A stretch of DNA of 64,000 bases, taken from assembly GCA_950097015.1 (NCBI GenBank), contig CATNEN010000007.1, forward strand, positions 2,170,001 to 2,234,000, in the 5' to 3' direction. This stretch comes from Macrostomum hystrix. Taxonomy: Eukaryota > Animalia > Platyhelminthes. The notes under the pieces are model-generated. The model did not search any database. It saw only the letters and a list, made by a program, of their open reading frames with translations, and was not told the origin of the DNA. Of this stretch, positions 12,479-25,000 are shown piece after piece (position 1 is the stretch's first letter; the number at the start of each line of letters is the position of its first letter). A program made the translations under genes and the position numbers.

Positions 12479-14603
12479 GATTGGAAGAAGAAGAAGACTG
12501 TAGAATACCCATGGAGTTTCGAAAGTGACGACAAGAGGAACAAAGCTATTTAAGTTTACGTTTGTACTACCAACGTTTCGTTTGAAATCTATGAGCAGGA
12601 ACAAACAAAGTTTTCTTACTCTTACTCGTATAATCTGTTTATATATAAACGATCTATTTATAACTCTGAACTCTGAACTCTTATCTATCTTTGATTTTAC
12701 GTATCACTACTATTGGCTTATCTGTCTGATCTCTGTCATAAAAGAACTAATTTTAACTTTAATTTTGAAGTCTCACGTAATAGCCTCGTACAGTGACTTG
12801 CTTCTCAAAGCACCAGCAAAGTGTAGCATATAAAACTGTGTCGAATGAGTCAACCAGAAAATAATAATGTTCTTGGACTTAATTGTTTAAATGAGTGACT
12901 AAGTGTCGATTGCGGTAGTTATTCGACCATTTCAGTTGATTCGCGAAGGACTTTTTTGGCGGAAGATAAAAACAACGATTTTTAAGGTGAAGCACATAAA
13001 TTTTTGCCCGGTGCCAGCACATGGTATATTTCGGCATGAATGTTTGTGACTGTGAGTATTTAGCGATAAGCAGTTGGATCTAAATTCGTTTGCCCAGCTA
13101 GAGACAGGCACCTATTCATTCGCAAATCATATTTTCTCACAATTTTTGTGTCTGATCTCCAAAGTTCGAGTACTCTTTAGCGTTGTGCAACGTTTTTTCA
13201 GTTTTTTTTCAGTGTGCCTTAAATATGTTATACCTTGTTGTCATTTAAATCGCCTGGATGGACATTTTTAGACTCTTTTGTGAAGGACTTATTTTTGAAA
13301 TTCTCTTTTTTTCTCTCCGAGGATTTTCACTCCTGCGCTATATTTTATGAATTATGCATCCGCTCTATATTAGGCCTTAAATACGTTATACTTTGTTGTG
13401 ACTTATAATCACAACATTTATTTTTATATACCCTCGTACTGTTTTCTGAAGAAAATATTTTCGAAGTTCTGCTTTTTCTCTCCCAGAAGTTTCAATTCTG
13501 GCGCTATATTTTTTTTGTGAAGAATTTTTTTCTACAACGCTAAAAATTTAGTATCATAAAATACAGTACTATTGGCTACCTTTTAAAGTTTATTTTCTGC
13601 AGAAATTTTAAACGTCAAGTGTCTCTCTGAATTAAACTATATGTTGGTCTTTTGCCTTTGTTGATTTTTTAAACATTAAACATTTTATGTTTTGAAACTG
13701 CTAACGTAGGCTCGTAATCTTGTGCACCGAAAACTATTTAGCATTTCAGTGGCGCAACCAAGCAGTACACTTTTCAGTACAAACAGAATATGTCTTCAAA
13801 CACATTCAAAACATTTTGATCAGGTTTAAGAGGAGCCAAATAGTTCCCAAAAAGTGACCCCAATGTGAATTCAACCTAGGGCTGAAGCCACCGGCCAGAA
13901 AACGACCCGACTGGCCCGTCTAATCGGGGGTTCAAGTGGCGCAATATTTATTTGACTGTTTCTTTTAATCTTCTTTCGGAGGGGGTTGACTGGTGCAGTG
14001 TTTGAATGCGAGCGAAAGGCAAAGGCCTCCATATGGCCGGTGCTTCGACATTTATATTTTCCTATTATAAATAAGTTAGTTTAGGTGCAGGGGTGGCATG
14101 TTGTACATTATTATTGGCATCTGATTATGTAATACATAAGGAGTGATTTGCGCTGCAGAACATGACCAATTAATTGCAGAGCGGTCTAACGAGTTTGCCT
14201 CTCGCACCATGGTTCCTGAGCTGGATTCCACGACGAGGCCATATTCATTTGGGGCGCAACCGCGAAGAGAAGGCTTGGAGGCTTGTCAAGCAATTTACGC
14301 CCTTGAGTGCCAACCTCCAAGGTACTGTACACTGAAGTGTACACTGCCTGACGATGAGAAAGTCAGGGCAGACGTACGCTCGTACCAAGGACCACTAGCA
14401 GTTGGCTAGTCAGCTAGGAACAATAGTTAGTCTACTTTAGTAGTCCTTAAGACGTACACACCTGTGTGAGCGTGTGCCTGCATACGGTATCTGTGTGCGT
14501 ATGTGCTCAGGAGTCAGCGAAATGGGCAGATTGCCTCCTCGCTTGCTGCGTGTCTACTGTCAGTCTGTCTGTGCCGTTGCCCGCAGCCCTTGAATTAATA
14601 ATT

Positions 14604-14619
14604 TTACTATTACTATTAC

Positions 14620-14685
<66 letters not shown>
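14604..14685. repeat. (TTA)n microsatellite with a (TTACTA) start
   Basis: Visible run; it accounts for the spurious poly-Leu and poly-Asn ORFs in the track. Confidence 0.95.
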
Positions 14686-16447
14686 CCATCTGCTCTCTCT
14701 TTATCTCTCTCAATCTCTCGTTCTTCCTTTGGTAAGTATTCCCCTTGCAGCTGGAGGGCAAAAGTTTTTGCGCGATTGAAGGCGGGCAACCCCAGTCCTT
14801 TCATGGATCCCTCGCCCGACGGCAATAACCCGTTGGCGAAATATTTCTCGGCGATGGCCGTCTATAGTGTGATATTTTTTACTTAGGTCTCTCTTTGCGT
14901 TGAGATTCCTAAATTTGGTCGGGTGTCCAACTCTTTGCGAGAGATTCTATTGCCGTAACTCGAAAATAACGAAGACAAGACGATTCAAAAGTCCAAGTTA
15001 AACAGCTGATATTTAAGTGTTAATCAGTTAATAAGAGAAGGCTATGAATGATTAATTCCCCTGGCACCTGCCAGGTACTGTACTTAATTTAATTCGATTC
15101 CCAATTCACACTGGTAATTTAGTCGTACTTAACAAAATCTCAATAACTTCAACACAATAACAACAACGCGAACTCTACTCGATAATGCTCTGGATGATAA
15201 CAAGAACTCACGAAAATAACACGAAAATTAACACGAATAACTCCTGGACAAAAAAACAAGATAGTCCCTACAACAGAACAAGGAAAATAACGAGGACCAA
15301 TAACACGAAACCTAACCCAAAGTCCCTAGTCTGAAACCGAGGCGACCAGCAAGCACTTCCGAACTATGGTACAACGATAGTTCTATCGTGCCACACCTAA
15401 TGTCAATTCGATGGCGTCCCACTGATGATTGGGAATGATGATTCCCACTGATGATTCGTGCTTGCCAATCCCTGTCTAACACTGCTAACACTCCGTCAGC
15501 AGTTGGCCAGACGTGCCGAGCTCAGCGCAAGCTACTTACTGACGTGGGATTGAGTGTGGGGTTTTCTTCGACTAGCTGGTTGGACCGGTTTACCTGTCCC
15601 GGTATCTATTACTATGCAACGACAGATAGGGTGCGTAACAACACGGAAAAGAAAAGGAAGACAGATAGGCCTTCACAACGCAATAGCTAGTTATATAGTC
15701 AAACGCCCGCCCCCAGCCCCCATCAAAGCCTGGGTGCCGACCGCGCCGCTTGTTCCACTGCCGCAGGTCGACCCTGCCGGTTAACGAACTGGTCGCTGAT
15801 TGGCCCCGCCCGGGGTGTCGCGCTTAAGTCGGGTCGCATCAGATTGGCTAGCCGTCTTCCTATTGGCTGGGCCCACCAGACCGGGGTTAGTCCGATGCCT
15901 TGGCTGTAGAGCAGGGTGACCGGCCGGTCGCGTGTGTAAGCCTGGCTGGGGCGCGCATGCAGTAACAACTAACATATAACACACATTATAATAATTCATT
16001 AATATTGACGTGCGCGACTAAGTTACTTTAAGTAGAAATATACGCATTATATAATAAACATGTCGACACTAAGTCTCCATGGAAGACTTGGAATCTGCAA
16101 GGCGAGAGGGTTGCGACAATGTCAGGCGGCGCACTCTCGCAGACATGGTCCATCTGGCACGAATTTAACCGAGGAACGTGGACAACCTGCGTGGCGTGAA
16201 GGCTGTATCCCCTCTGTACCACCTTGCCGAGGTTTCCCGGAACTTTTATTGATTGAATCTAAATATACCTTTAACTACTAGATACTCGTGTGAGAGATAC
16301 AATTCAGACTACTGACAACAGTAGAAAAGCAAAGACTTGGCTGCAAAACTGTCACATATCACTAAAAAATATCGCCATAAAAATGGCAAGCTTAAAAGAG
16401 ACTTCTGTGCACACTGAGAGTGGTGGGAGAGGACTGCGTGTGGCTAT

Positions 16448-16490
16448 GGCTGACTGACGAAGGCAAACAAGCCAGAAACCGGTCTCGGTC
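16448..16490 (+). ncRNA. Minimal type I hammerhead ribozyme (Penelope/retrozyme-like)
   Basis: Stem I GGCUGA (16448-53) pairs with UCGGUC (16485-90); core CUGACGA (16454-60); stem II GGC-aaacaa-GCC; GAAA (16475-78); palindromic ACCGGU followed by C17 (16484). Stem II has an extra A on each side. Confidence 0.6.
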
Positions 16491-19097
16491 TGCCAGCGCG
16501 AGGTTCGTTCCCCACTTTTAGTGTACGTGTTATGTTACAACTCGTATAAATACTTTATAAGGTAAATAAGGCATCTATCTAGATCTCGCTCCCGTCGACG
16601 CTCTCATTGGTTCCGTCGGCGCGATCCCTAATGCTTTTATTTATTTTAAATAATTAACTTATTTCCATTACACTTGCTTCGTACGTTTGTTATTATGTGG
16701 TTGACGGGGTGGATTTTATATAGCTTTTCATATACTCGTAACTTCTCTTCCTATTTCGCTTCTCTTCTGTTGTAGTTTTTTATCTAGTTTTGCTCTATAA
16801 GTTTGCTTTGTTCTTCTTTAGTTTGTTGATTTTCGTTTTTGCTTTTCTGCTCTCCTTTTCTTGTTTAATTAGTTTCTTTTGCTAATTTTCTTGTTTGCTT
16901 CACTATTATAACATATTATTCTGCTTAAATAGGATCTAGCCGCCTTCGCAAAAGCTACTATACTTTTACTGAAAGCGGCTGTTAGACAGTTGCAATTACA
17001 TCATTGCAAAGTTTCCATGTGATTATTTTAGACCTGCAATCTAATTTTTGCATCGAGACTTAATAGCATAGTGATAATATCACAGCACATTGAGAAAGTT
17101 TCCCACACTTGCTGGAATCGACTGTCTGGTGGTAAAATGGGAATGTTAGGAGGGGACAAATCTTGCAAGTTATTTGATAGGTGCAACTATGCCTATAGGT
17201 GTCAGATATGCATATACATGTAGCAGAGAAAGCACAATTTAAATGAGAATATCTAAAAAGTACTTGACAAATGTGTGTATCTGAGGCGTCATTTTGTCGC
17301 AGGGACATTCGTCAAGCAGTTGTAGCAGTATCTGGTGAAATAATTGACCCATGCCTTTGTTGAGGCAGAAGTATGATCATAAGACGCATGAAAAAACTGA
17401 AGTTATTACGAGCCGTAGAACCGAATGTGTTTAAATCTCTTTTATTACTACTTTTCTCTAACCTTGCAGCTAAAAATAAGCTTTCAAAACAGAAATATGA
17501 AACGCCTTAATTCACTTTCGTTCCCCTTTGTTCTTACTTATTCTTTTTTCTGTACTTCTTTAGTTTCTGCTTCTTTTATCAGACTTTTAGTTTTACAACA
17601 GTATGTATTTTTAACCTTACATAACCAAAATTAGCACCCAATTGCTAATACGTGAACAATTTAATTAAAACTTAATTAGTTTTTGTGAGTACAACTTTGT
17701 GTCAAGAAACTACCTTTCGTCGCGTTCTCTTTTTGGCTGAACAAGTCCAGTGCAATTTAACAATTTAAGTGCTTTTAGAACTTTTACTTGTCATATTATA
17801 GTTTTTTATGTTGTTAAGAGGCACGGACTACTCAACTACTCACGGACCACGCTATCTACTAGTGGTCCTTGTTAAGAGGTTGTCAACTTTGCTTATGTTA
17901 CTATTTTTAGCATTCAAGCAGCTTAATTGCATTCTATCTCATAAGAACACTGCATGGTGAGACAGTATTTCATCTAGACGCAGTACGTGTACATTCGCCT
18001 CCATCTACGCGGGAGAATAGCTTTTCCTAGAAATTTCAGTAACCAGTGCCGCTGCCATCCGCGGCGCTCATTGTTCTTGAGTGACGACCCTCTACCCTTG
18101 TTCATACAAAAATGCAAAAGCATTAGGCAACTTTGGTGGCTAGGGTTGGCAAACAATATCCCGCTGCGCCTGTCTGTCTACCATGGGCATTGTTCATCGA
18201 TCTGGGCCGCACCACTACAGGAAACCATCAGACCCCTCCGGGCAAGGCTCCACTCCGACTCAAGTCCTTGGCGAAATAAAGTACTTCAGCCCACAAAATA
18301 TGAAAAGGGCAGTTTAATAAAAAAGCAACCACTGACAGAAGTTTATTCTGCATAGAGTATTTCCATTGCTTCGAAAACTATTTGCAAAAGCGTGAGAGCT
18401 GCCAGCAGGAAAACATATATATATTTGCAGTATACGCTCGTGTTTGTCGGCCAACCCTCAGCTAAATCGGCATAAAAAGCGCGAACACAGTTTATTTGGG
18501 TTGTGTCTAAATACGAAACCAATCTTTGTATTAATTCTTTCCAGCAACATATCCTAACCAAACTCTTTAGTCCTCGCAATAAAATCTAAATGAATCGTTT
18601 CGGAACCTAAAGACAGGTAGGCACAACTTAACTTTCATAGATTTGAAAAGCCATTATGCCCTATAAAATAAATATATTCTTTTATAATTTATTCATTAGA
18701 TTGAGCTCCAGTACAGGACATAATTTTGTTTAATATCACCTTTCCAAATAAAAAGATTCGCTTCGGCAATGTTTCATTATTTTGCGCTCTCTGCTAAACT
18801 GTTGCTTGCAATTGAAGCTTCCGTTCCACATTTTCTGCTATATTGAATGCATTAAGACGAGCGCCATTTGTAATTATCGTCAAAAGCAACAGAAAAATAA
18901 GTGCATATACTCGTAACTTGATCGCAGAATGTTAAAAACACGACACCCACCAGAAACTAACTCGTTAGCGCTCAAAGATATTCTGAGTTGAAGCAGTATC
19001 AAAAAGAATACCTAAAGACATAAAAATGTATAATTTATTTTACAGAATCAATATTACCAAGTATAAATCTACTTTTCCTTCGTCTCAGATCTTCACA

Positions 19098-22000
19098 ATG
19101 ACATCAAAGAAAGTAACATTCCTGCTCCTGCTGATTTGCTACTTTATAACAATAACAAAACAAGTCTGCACAACATCGGTAAGAAATACCAGCTTCCAAA
19201 AATACAATAAAAAGTATATATTCTACAAAACCTACATGGCCAAAAATTGGACTTTTACAGGAGCAGATGGACTGTGCTGCGGCCAACGCTTGCCTGAATG
19301 TGAGCAACTGCTTGAACAGGATGGCCGAGATGGAGCAGCAGTGTGCAGCAAATGACCAGGTGAGGTCTCTCTTTCTCGTGTCGATCGATATATTTGCAAG
19401 TTTCACGCCCTGTGCGCTCAGCTATAGCTAATGAGAAACTGCTTCCAATGACTAATAGGTATTTTGCGACACAATTGCAGAACTTTTGCGTAAAGCAAGG
19501 AGTGTGCTACAATCGGACGTTATACCTGCCCTACGCGACCTGCGACTATGGTAGCGACTATTGCAACACCTCGATAAGCGCCAACAGCAGTGGAGCTGGT
19601 GAAAAAGTTCGCTGCTATGCCGGATTCAACCTGTGCCTCACTCGGGAACAGTGCGTCGAAGCAGCCGCAAAGAGGTCGTGCCCCAGCAACGGGACCATCA
19701 TCACATCTGTCTCGTCGAGCAACTCCTGCTTTGTGCCGCCAGATGTGGAGCTTCGCTTTACCCTACTGGAACAGGCTGGCCCAGGTGTGATGAGGCTTGG
19801 CTCGCACCTGCTCGACAGCAGTCGCATCAACCAGGAAATTCAGCTAAACAGATCTATTGACAACAACAGCTGCGTGAGTGCGGATGCGCAGGCGCTTGCT
19901 GGCTACACTGGATCAAATGCTAGCCTGTCATGGGTGAAGCTGAGGATGCGTCTCATTGACAGGCAGGGCAGAGTGATTGCACAATGCCAGCCAACCTATG
20001 GATTCCTGCTGCCACCAAAGTCGCGTCCAGCAGCATCCGCATTCCCGACAGTTGTGCTGCAGAAGAACAGCACCGGAAGTGGCTACTACTACTACAGCGG
20101 CTACTACTACACCGACTACGTGTACCCGTCGAGTCTGCTGCGCACAGCTGCAAACGAATCGAATGCAACAGTGGCACCGTGGTGTGACACTCTTGGCGTC
20201 GCCGAGTTCCCTAGCTATGGACGAAACGCTGCTGCGCGACAGCTGTGTCGAGAGGCGCCAAGAAAGGCTGCCTACTGCTACATCGAGGCGCCGCCACTCT
20301 ACACAGAAGTAACACTCAGTGCATATTCCTACAATAATTTTGCTCCGGCGGTGCCACACAAATCTGGATACCTATTGTTGACGATGGAAAACGCGTACAT
20401 GTATGTCAACCTCAGACAGCCAGGAAGCGTGAGCCTAGTTTGTCGATCGTGGAACGGACTGCTGCCGACGCCCGACACGCCAGTAACTGACAATGACTAC
20501 TTTGGAGATGAGATTCTCCGCATCGGCTACAGTCTGCTCTGCGGCTACGGCAGTGAGCCGTGTCTGGCCACCAAGAATTGCATTGCCATCGGAAATCCAT
20601 GTCGCCGGAGCTTAAACTGCAGTCTAGCGGTGAGTTTTGAGGCTTGCAAAAGTAACAGTGCTGATTGGGGTGCTTCTCTGTTTTTGCTTCCTTCTGCGAC
20701 TGTTACATTGAAAGAGCATCATTTTTGCTATATTACAATTTCAAGGCTATAGAATCTGCTGACTAAATTAGGTTGAAAACTGAGCACATTCTATACGTAC
20801 ACTATACACTATACGTACACTAGCTTCAAGCGCCTCTCCCAGTGAATGCTAGGCGTCGATCGGCCAACCTAAAATGTGACTACTGTATGGCCAAACATTG
20901 GACTTTTACAGGAGCAGATGGACTGTGCTGCGGCCAACGCTTGCCTGAATGTGAGCAACTGCTTGAACAGGATGGCCGAGATGGAGCAGCAGTGTGCAGC
21001 AAATGACCAGGTGAGGTCTCTCTTTCTCGTGTCGATCGATATATTTGCAAGTTTCACGCCCTGTGCGCTCAGCTATAGCTAATGAGAAACTGCTTCCAAT
21101 GACTAATAGGTATTTTGCGACACAATTGCAGAACTTTTGCGTAAAGCAAGGAGTGTGCTACAATCGGACGTTATACCTGCCCTACGCGACCTGCGACTAT
21201 GGTAGCGACTATTGCAACACCTCGATAAGCGCCAACAGCAGTGGAGCTGGTGAAAAAGTTCGCTGCTATGCCGGATTCAACCTGTGCCTCACTCGGGAAC
21301 AGTGCGTCGAAGCAGCCGCAAAGAGGTCGTGCCCCAGCAACGGGACCATCATCACATCTGTCTCGTCGAGCAACTCCTGCTTTGTGCCGCCAGATGTGGA
21401 GCTTCGCTTTACCCTACTGGAACAGGCTGGCCCAGGTGTGATGAGGCTTGGCTCGCACCTGCTCGACAGCAGTCGCATCAACCAGGAAATTCAGCTAAAC
21501 AGATCTATTGACAACAACAGCTGCGTGAGTGCGGATGCGCAGGCGCTTGCTGGCTACACTGGATCAAATGCTAGCCTGTCATGGGTGAAGCTGAGGATGC
21601 GTCTCATTGACAGGCAGGGCAGAGTGATTGCACAATGCCAGCCAACCTATGGATTCCTGCTGCCACCAAAGTCGCGTCCAGCAGCATCCGCATTCCCGAC
21701 AGTTGTGCTGCAGAAGAACAGCACCGGAAGTGGCTACTACTACTACAGCGGCTACTACTACACCGACTACGTGTACCCGTCGAGTCTGCTGCGCACAGCT
21801 GCAAACGAATCGAATGCAACAGTGGCACCGTGGTGTGACACTCTTGGCGTCGCCGAGTTCCCTAGCTATGGACGAAACGCTGCTGCGCGACAGCTGTGTC
21901 GAGAGGCGCCAAGAAAGGCTGCCTACTGCTACATCGAGGCGCCGCCACTCTACACAGAAGTAACACTCAGTGCATATTCCTACAATAATTTTGCTCCGGC

Positions 22001-25000
22001 GGTGCCACACAAATCTGGATACCTATTGTTGACGATGGAAAACGCGTACATGTATGTCAACCTCAGACAGCCAGGAAGCGTGAGCCTAGTTTGTCGATCG
22101 TGGAACGGACTGCTGCCGACGCCCGACACGCCAGTAACTGACAATGACTACTTTGGAGATGAGATTCTCCGCATCGGCTACAGTCTGCTCTGCGGCTACG
22201 GCAGTGAGCCGTGTCTGGCCACCAAGAATTGCATTGCCATCGGAAATCCATGTCGCCGGAGCTTAAACTGCAGTCTAGCGGTGAGTTTTGAGGCTTGCAA
22301 AAGTAACAGTGCTGATTGGGGTGCTTCTCTGTTTTTGCTTCCTTCTGCGACTGTTACATTGAAAGAGCATCATTTTTGCTATATTACAATTTCAAGGCTA
22401 TAGAATCTGCTGACTAAATTAGGTTGAAAACTGAGCACATTCTATACGTACACTATACACTATACGTACACTAGCTTCAAGCGCCTCTCCCAGTGAATGC
22501 TAGGCGTCGATCGGCCAACCTAAAATGTGACTACTGTATGGCCAAACATTGGACTTTTACAGGAGCAGATGGACTGTGCTGCGGCCAACGCTTGCCTGAA
22601 TGTGAGCAACTGCTTGAACAGGATGGCCGAGATGGAGCAGCAGTGTGCAGCAAATGACCAGGTGAGGTCTCTCTTTCTCGTGTCGATCGATATATTTGCA
22701 AGTTTCACGCCCTGTGCGCTCAGCTATAGCTAATGAGAAACTGCTTCCAATGACTAATAGGTATTTTGCGACACAATTGCAGAACTTTTGCGTAAAGCAA
22801 GGAGTGTGCTACAATCGGACGTTATACCTGCCCTACGCGACCTGCGACTATGGTAGCGACTATTGCAACACCTCGATAAGCGCCAACAGCAGTGGAGCTG
22901 GTGAAAAAGTTCGCTGCTATGCCGGATTCAACCTGTGCCTCACTCGGGAACAGTGCGTCGAAGCAGCCGCAAAGAGGTCGTGCCCCAGCAACGGGACCAT
23001 CATCACATCTGTCTCGTCGAGCAACTCCTGCTTTGTGCCGCCAGATGTGGAGCTTCGCTTTACCCTACTGGAACAGGCTGGCCCAGGTGTGATGAGGCTT
23101 GGCTCGCACCTGCTCGACAGCAGTCGCATCAACCAGGAAATTCAGCTAAACAGATCTATTGACAACAACAGCTGCGTGAGTGCGGATGCGCAGGCGCTTG
23201 CTGGCTACACTGGATCAAATGCTAGCCTGTCATGGGTGAAGCTGAGGATGCGTCTCATTGACAGGCAGGGCAGAGTGATTGCACAATGCCAGCCAACCTA
23301 TGGATTCCTGCTGCCACCAAAGTCGCGTCCAGCAGCATCCGCATTCCCGACAGTTGTGCTGCAGAAGAACAGCACCGGAAGTGGCTACTACTACTACAGC
23401 GGCTACTACTACACCGACTACGTGTACCCGTCGAGTCTGCTGCGCACAGCTGCAAACGAATCGAATGCAACAGTGGCACCGTGGTGTGACACTCTTGGCG
23501 TCGCCGAGTTCCCTAGCTATGGACGAAACGCTGCTGCGCGACAGCTGTGTCGAGAGGCGCCAAGAAAGGCTGCCTACTGCTACATCGAGGCGCCGCCACT
23601 CTACACAGAAGTAACACTCAGTGCATATTCCTACAATAATTTTGCTCCGGCGGTGCCACACAAATCTGGATACCTATTGTTGACGATGGAAAACGCGTAC
23701 ATGTATGTCAACCTCAGACAGCCAGGAAGCGTGAGCCTAGTTTGTCGATCGTGGAACGGACTGCTGCCGACGCCCGACACGCCAGTAACTGACAATGACT
23801 ACTTTGGAGATGAGATTCTCCGCATCGGCTACAGTCTGCTCTGCGGCTACGGCAGTGAGCCGTGTCTGGCCACCAAGAATTGCATTGCCATCGGAAATCC
23901 ATGTCGCCGGAGCTTAAACTGCAGTCTAGCGGTGAGTTTTGAGGCTTGCAAAAGTAACAGTGCTGATTGGGGTGCTTCTCTGTTTTTGCTTCCTTCTGCG
24001 ACTGTTACATTGAAAGAGCATCATTTTTGCTATATTACAATTTCAAGGCTATAGAATCTGCTGACTAAATTAGGTTGAAAACTGAGCACATTCTATACGT
24101 ACACTATACACTATACGTACACTAGCTTCAAGCGCCTCTCCCAGTGAATGCTAGGCGTCGATCGGCCAACCTAAAATGTGACTACTGTATGGCCAAACAT
24201 TGGACTTTTACAGGAGCAGATGGACTGTGCTGCGGCCAACGCTTGCCTGAATGTGAGCAACTGCTTGAACAGGATGGCCGAGATGGAGCAGCAGTGTGCA
24301 GCAAATGACCAGGTGAGGTCTCTCTTTCTCGTGTCGATCGATATATTTGCAAGTTTCACGCCCTGTGCGCTCAGCTATAGCTAATGAGAAACTGCTTCCA
24401 ATGACTAATAGGTATTTTGCGACACAATTGCAGAACTTTTGCGTAAAGCAAGGAGTGTGCTACAATCGGACGTTATACCTGCCCTACGCGACCTGCGACT
24501 ATGGTAGCGACTATTGCAACACCTCGATAAGCGCCAACAGCAGTGGAGCTGGTGAAAAAGTTCGCTGCTATGCCGGATTCAACCTGTGCCTCACTCGGGA
24601 ACAGTGCGTCGAAGCAGCCGCAAAGAGGTCGTGCCCCAGCAACGGGACCATCATCACATCTGTCTCGTCGAGCAACTCCTGCTTTGTGCCGCCAGATGTG
24701 GAGCTTCGCTTTACCCTACTGGAACAGGCTGGCCCAGGTGTGATGAGGCTTGGCTCGCACCTGCTCGACAGCAGTCGCATCAACCAGGAAATTCAGCTAA
24801 ACAGATCTATTGACAACAACAGCTGCGTGAGTGCGGATGCGCAGGCGCTTGCTGGCTACACTGGATCAAATGCTAGCCTGTCATGGGTGAAGCTGAGGAT
24901 GCGTCTCATTGACAGGCAGGGCAGAGTGATTGCACAATGCCAGCCAACCTATGGATTCCTGCTGCCACCAAAGTCGCGTCCAGCAGCATCCGCATTCCCG

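Noticed and set aside
14347-14367. CTGACGA...GAAAGTC hammerhead candidate
   Set aside because: Only 3 nt between the core halves; better explained as a simple cctgac/gtcagg hairpin.
14466-14761. Poly-Leu and poly-Asn ORFs
   Set aside because: Translation of the (TTA)n microsatellite.
17960-18360. Moderately GC-rich island upstream of gene 2 with a 122-aa ORF
   Set aside because: No motif in any frame I could read; likely decayed repeat.
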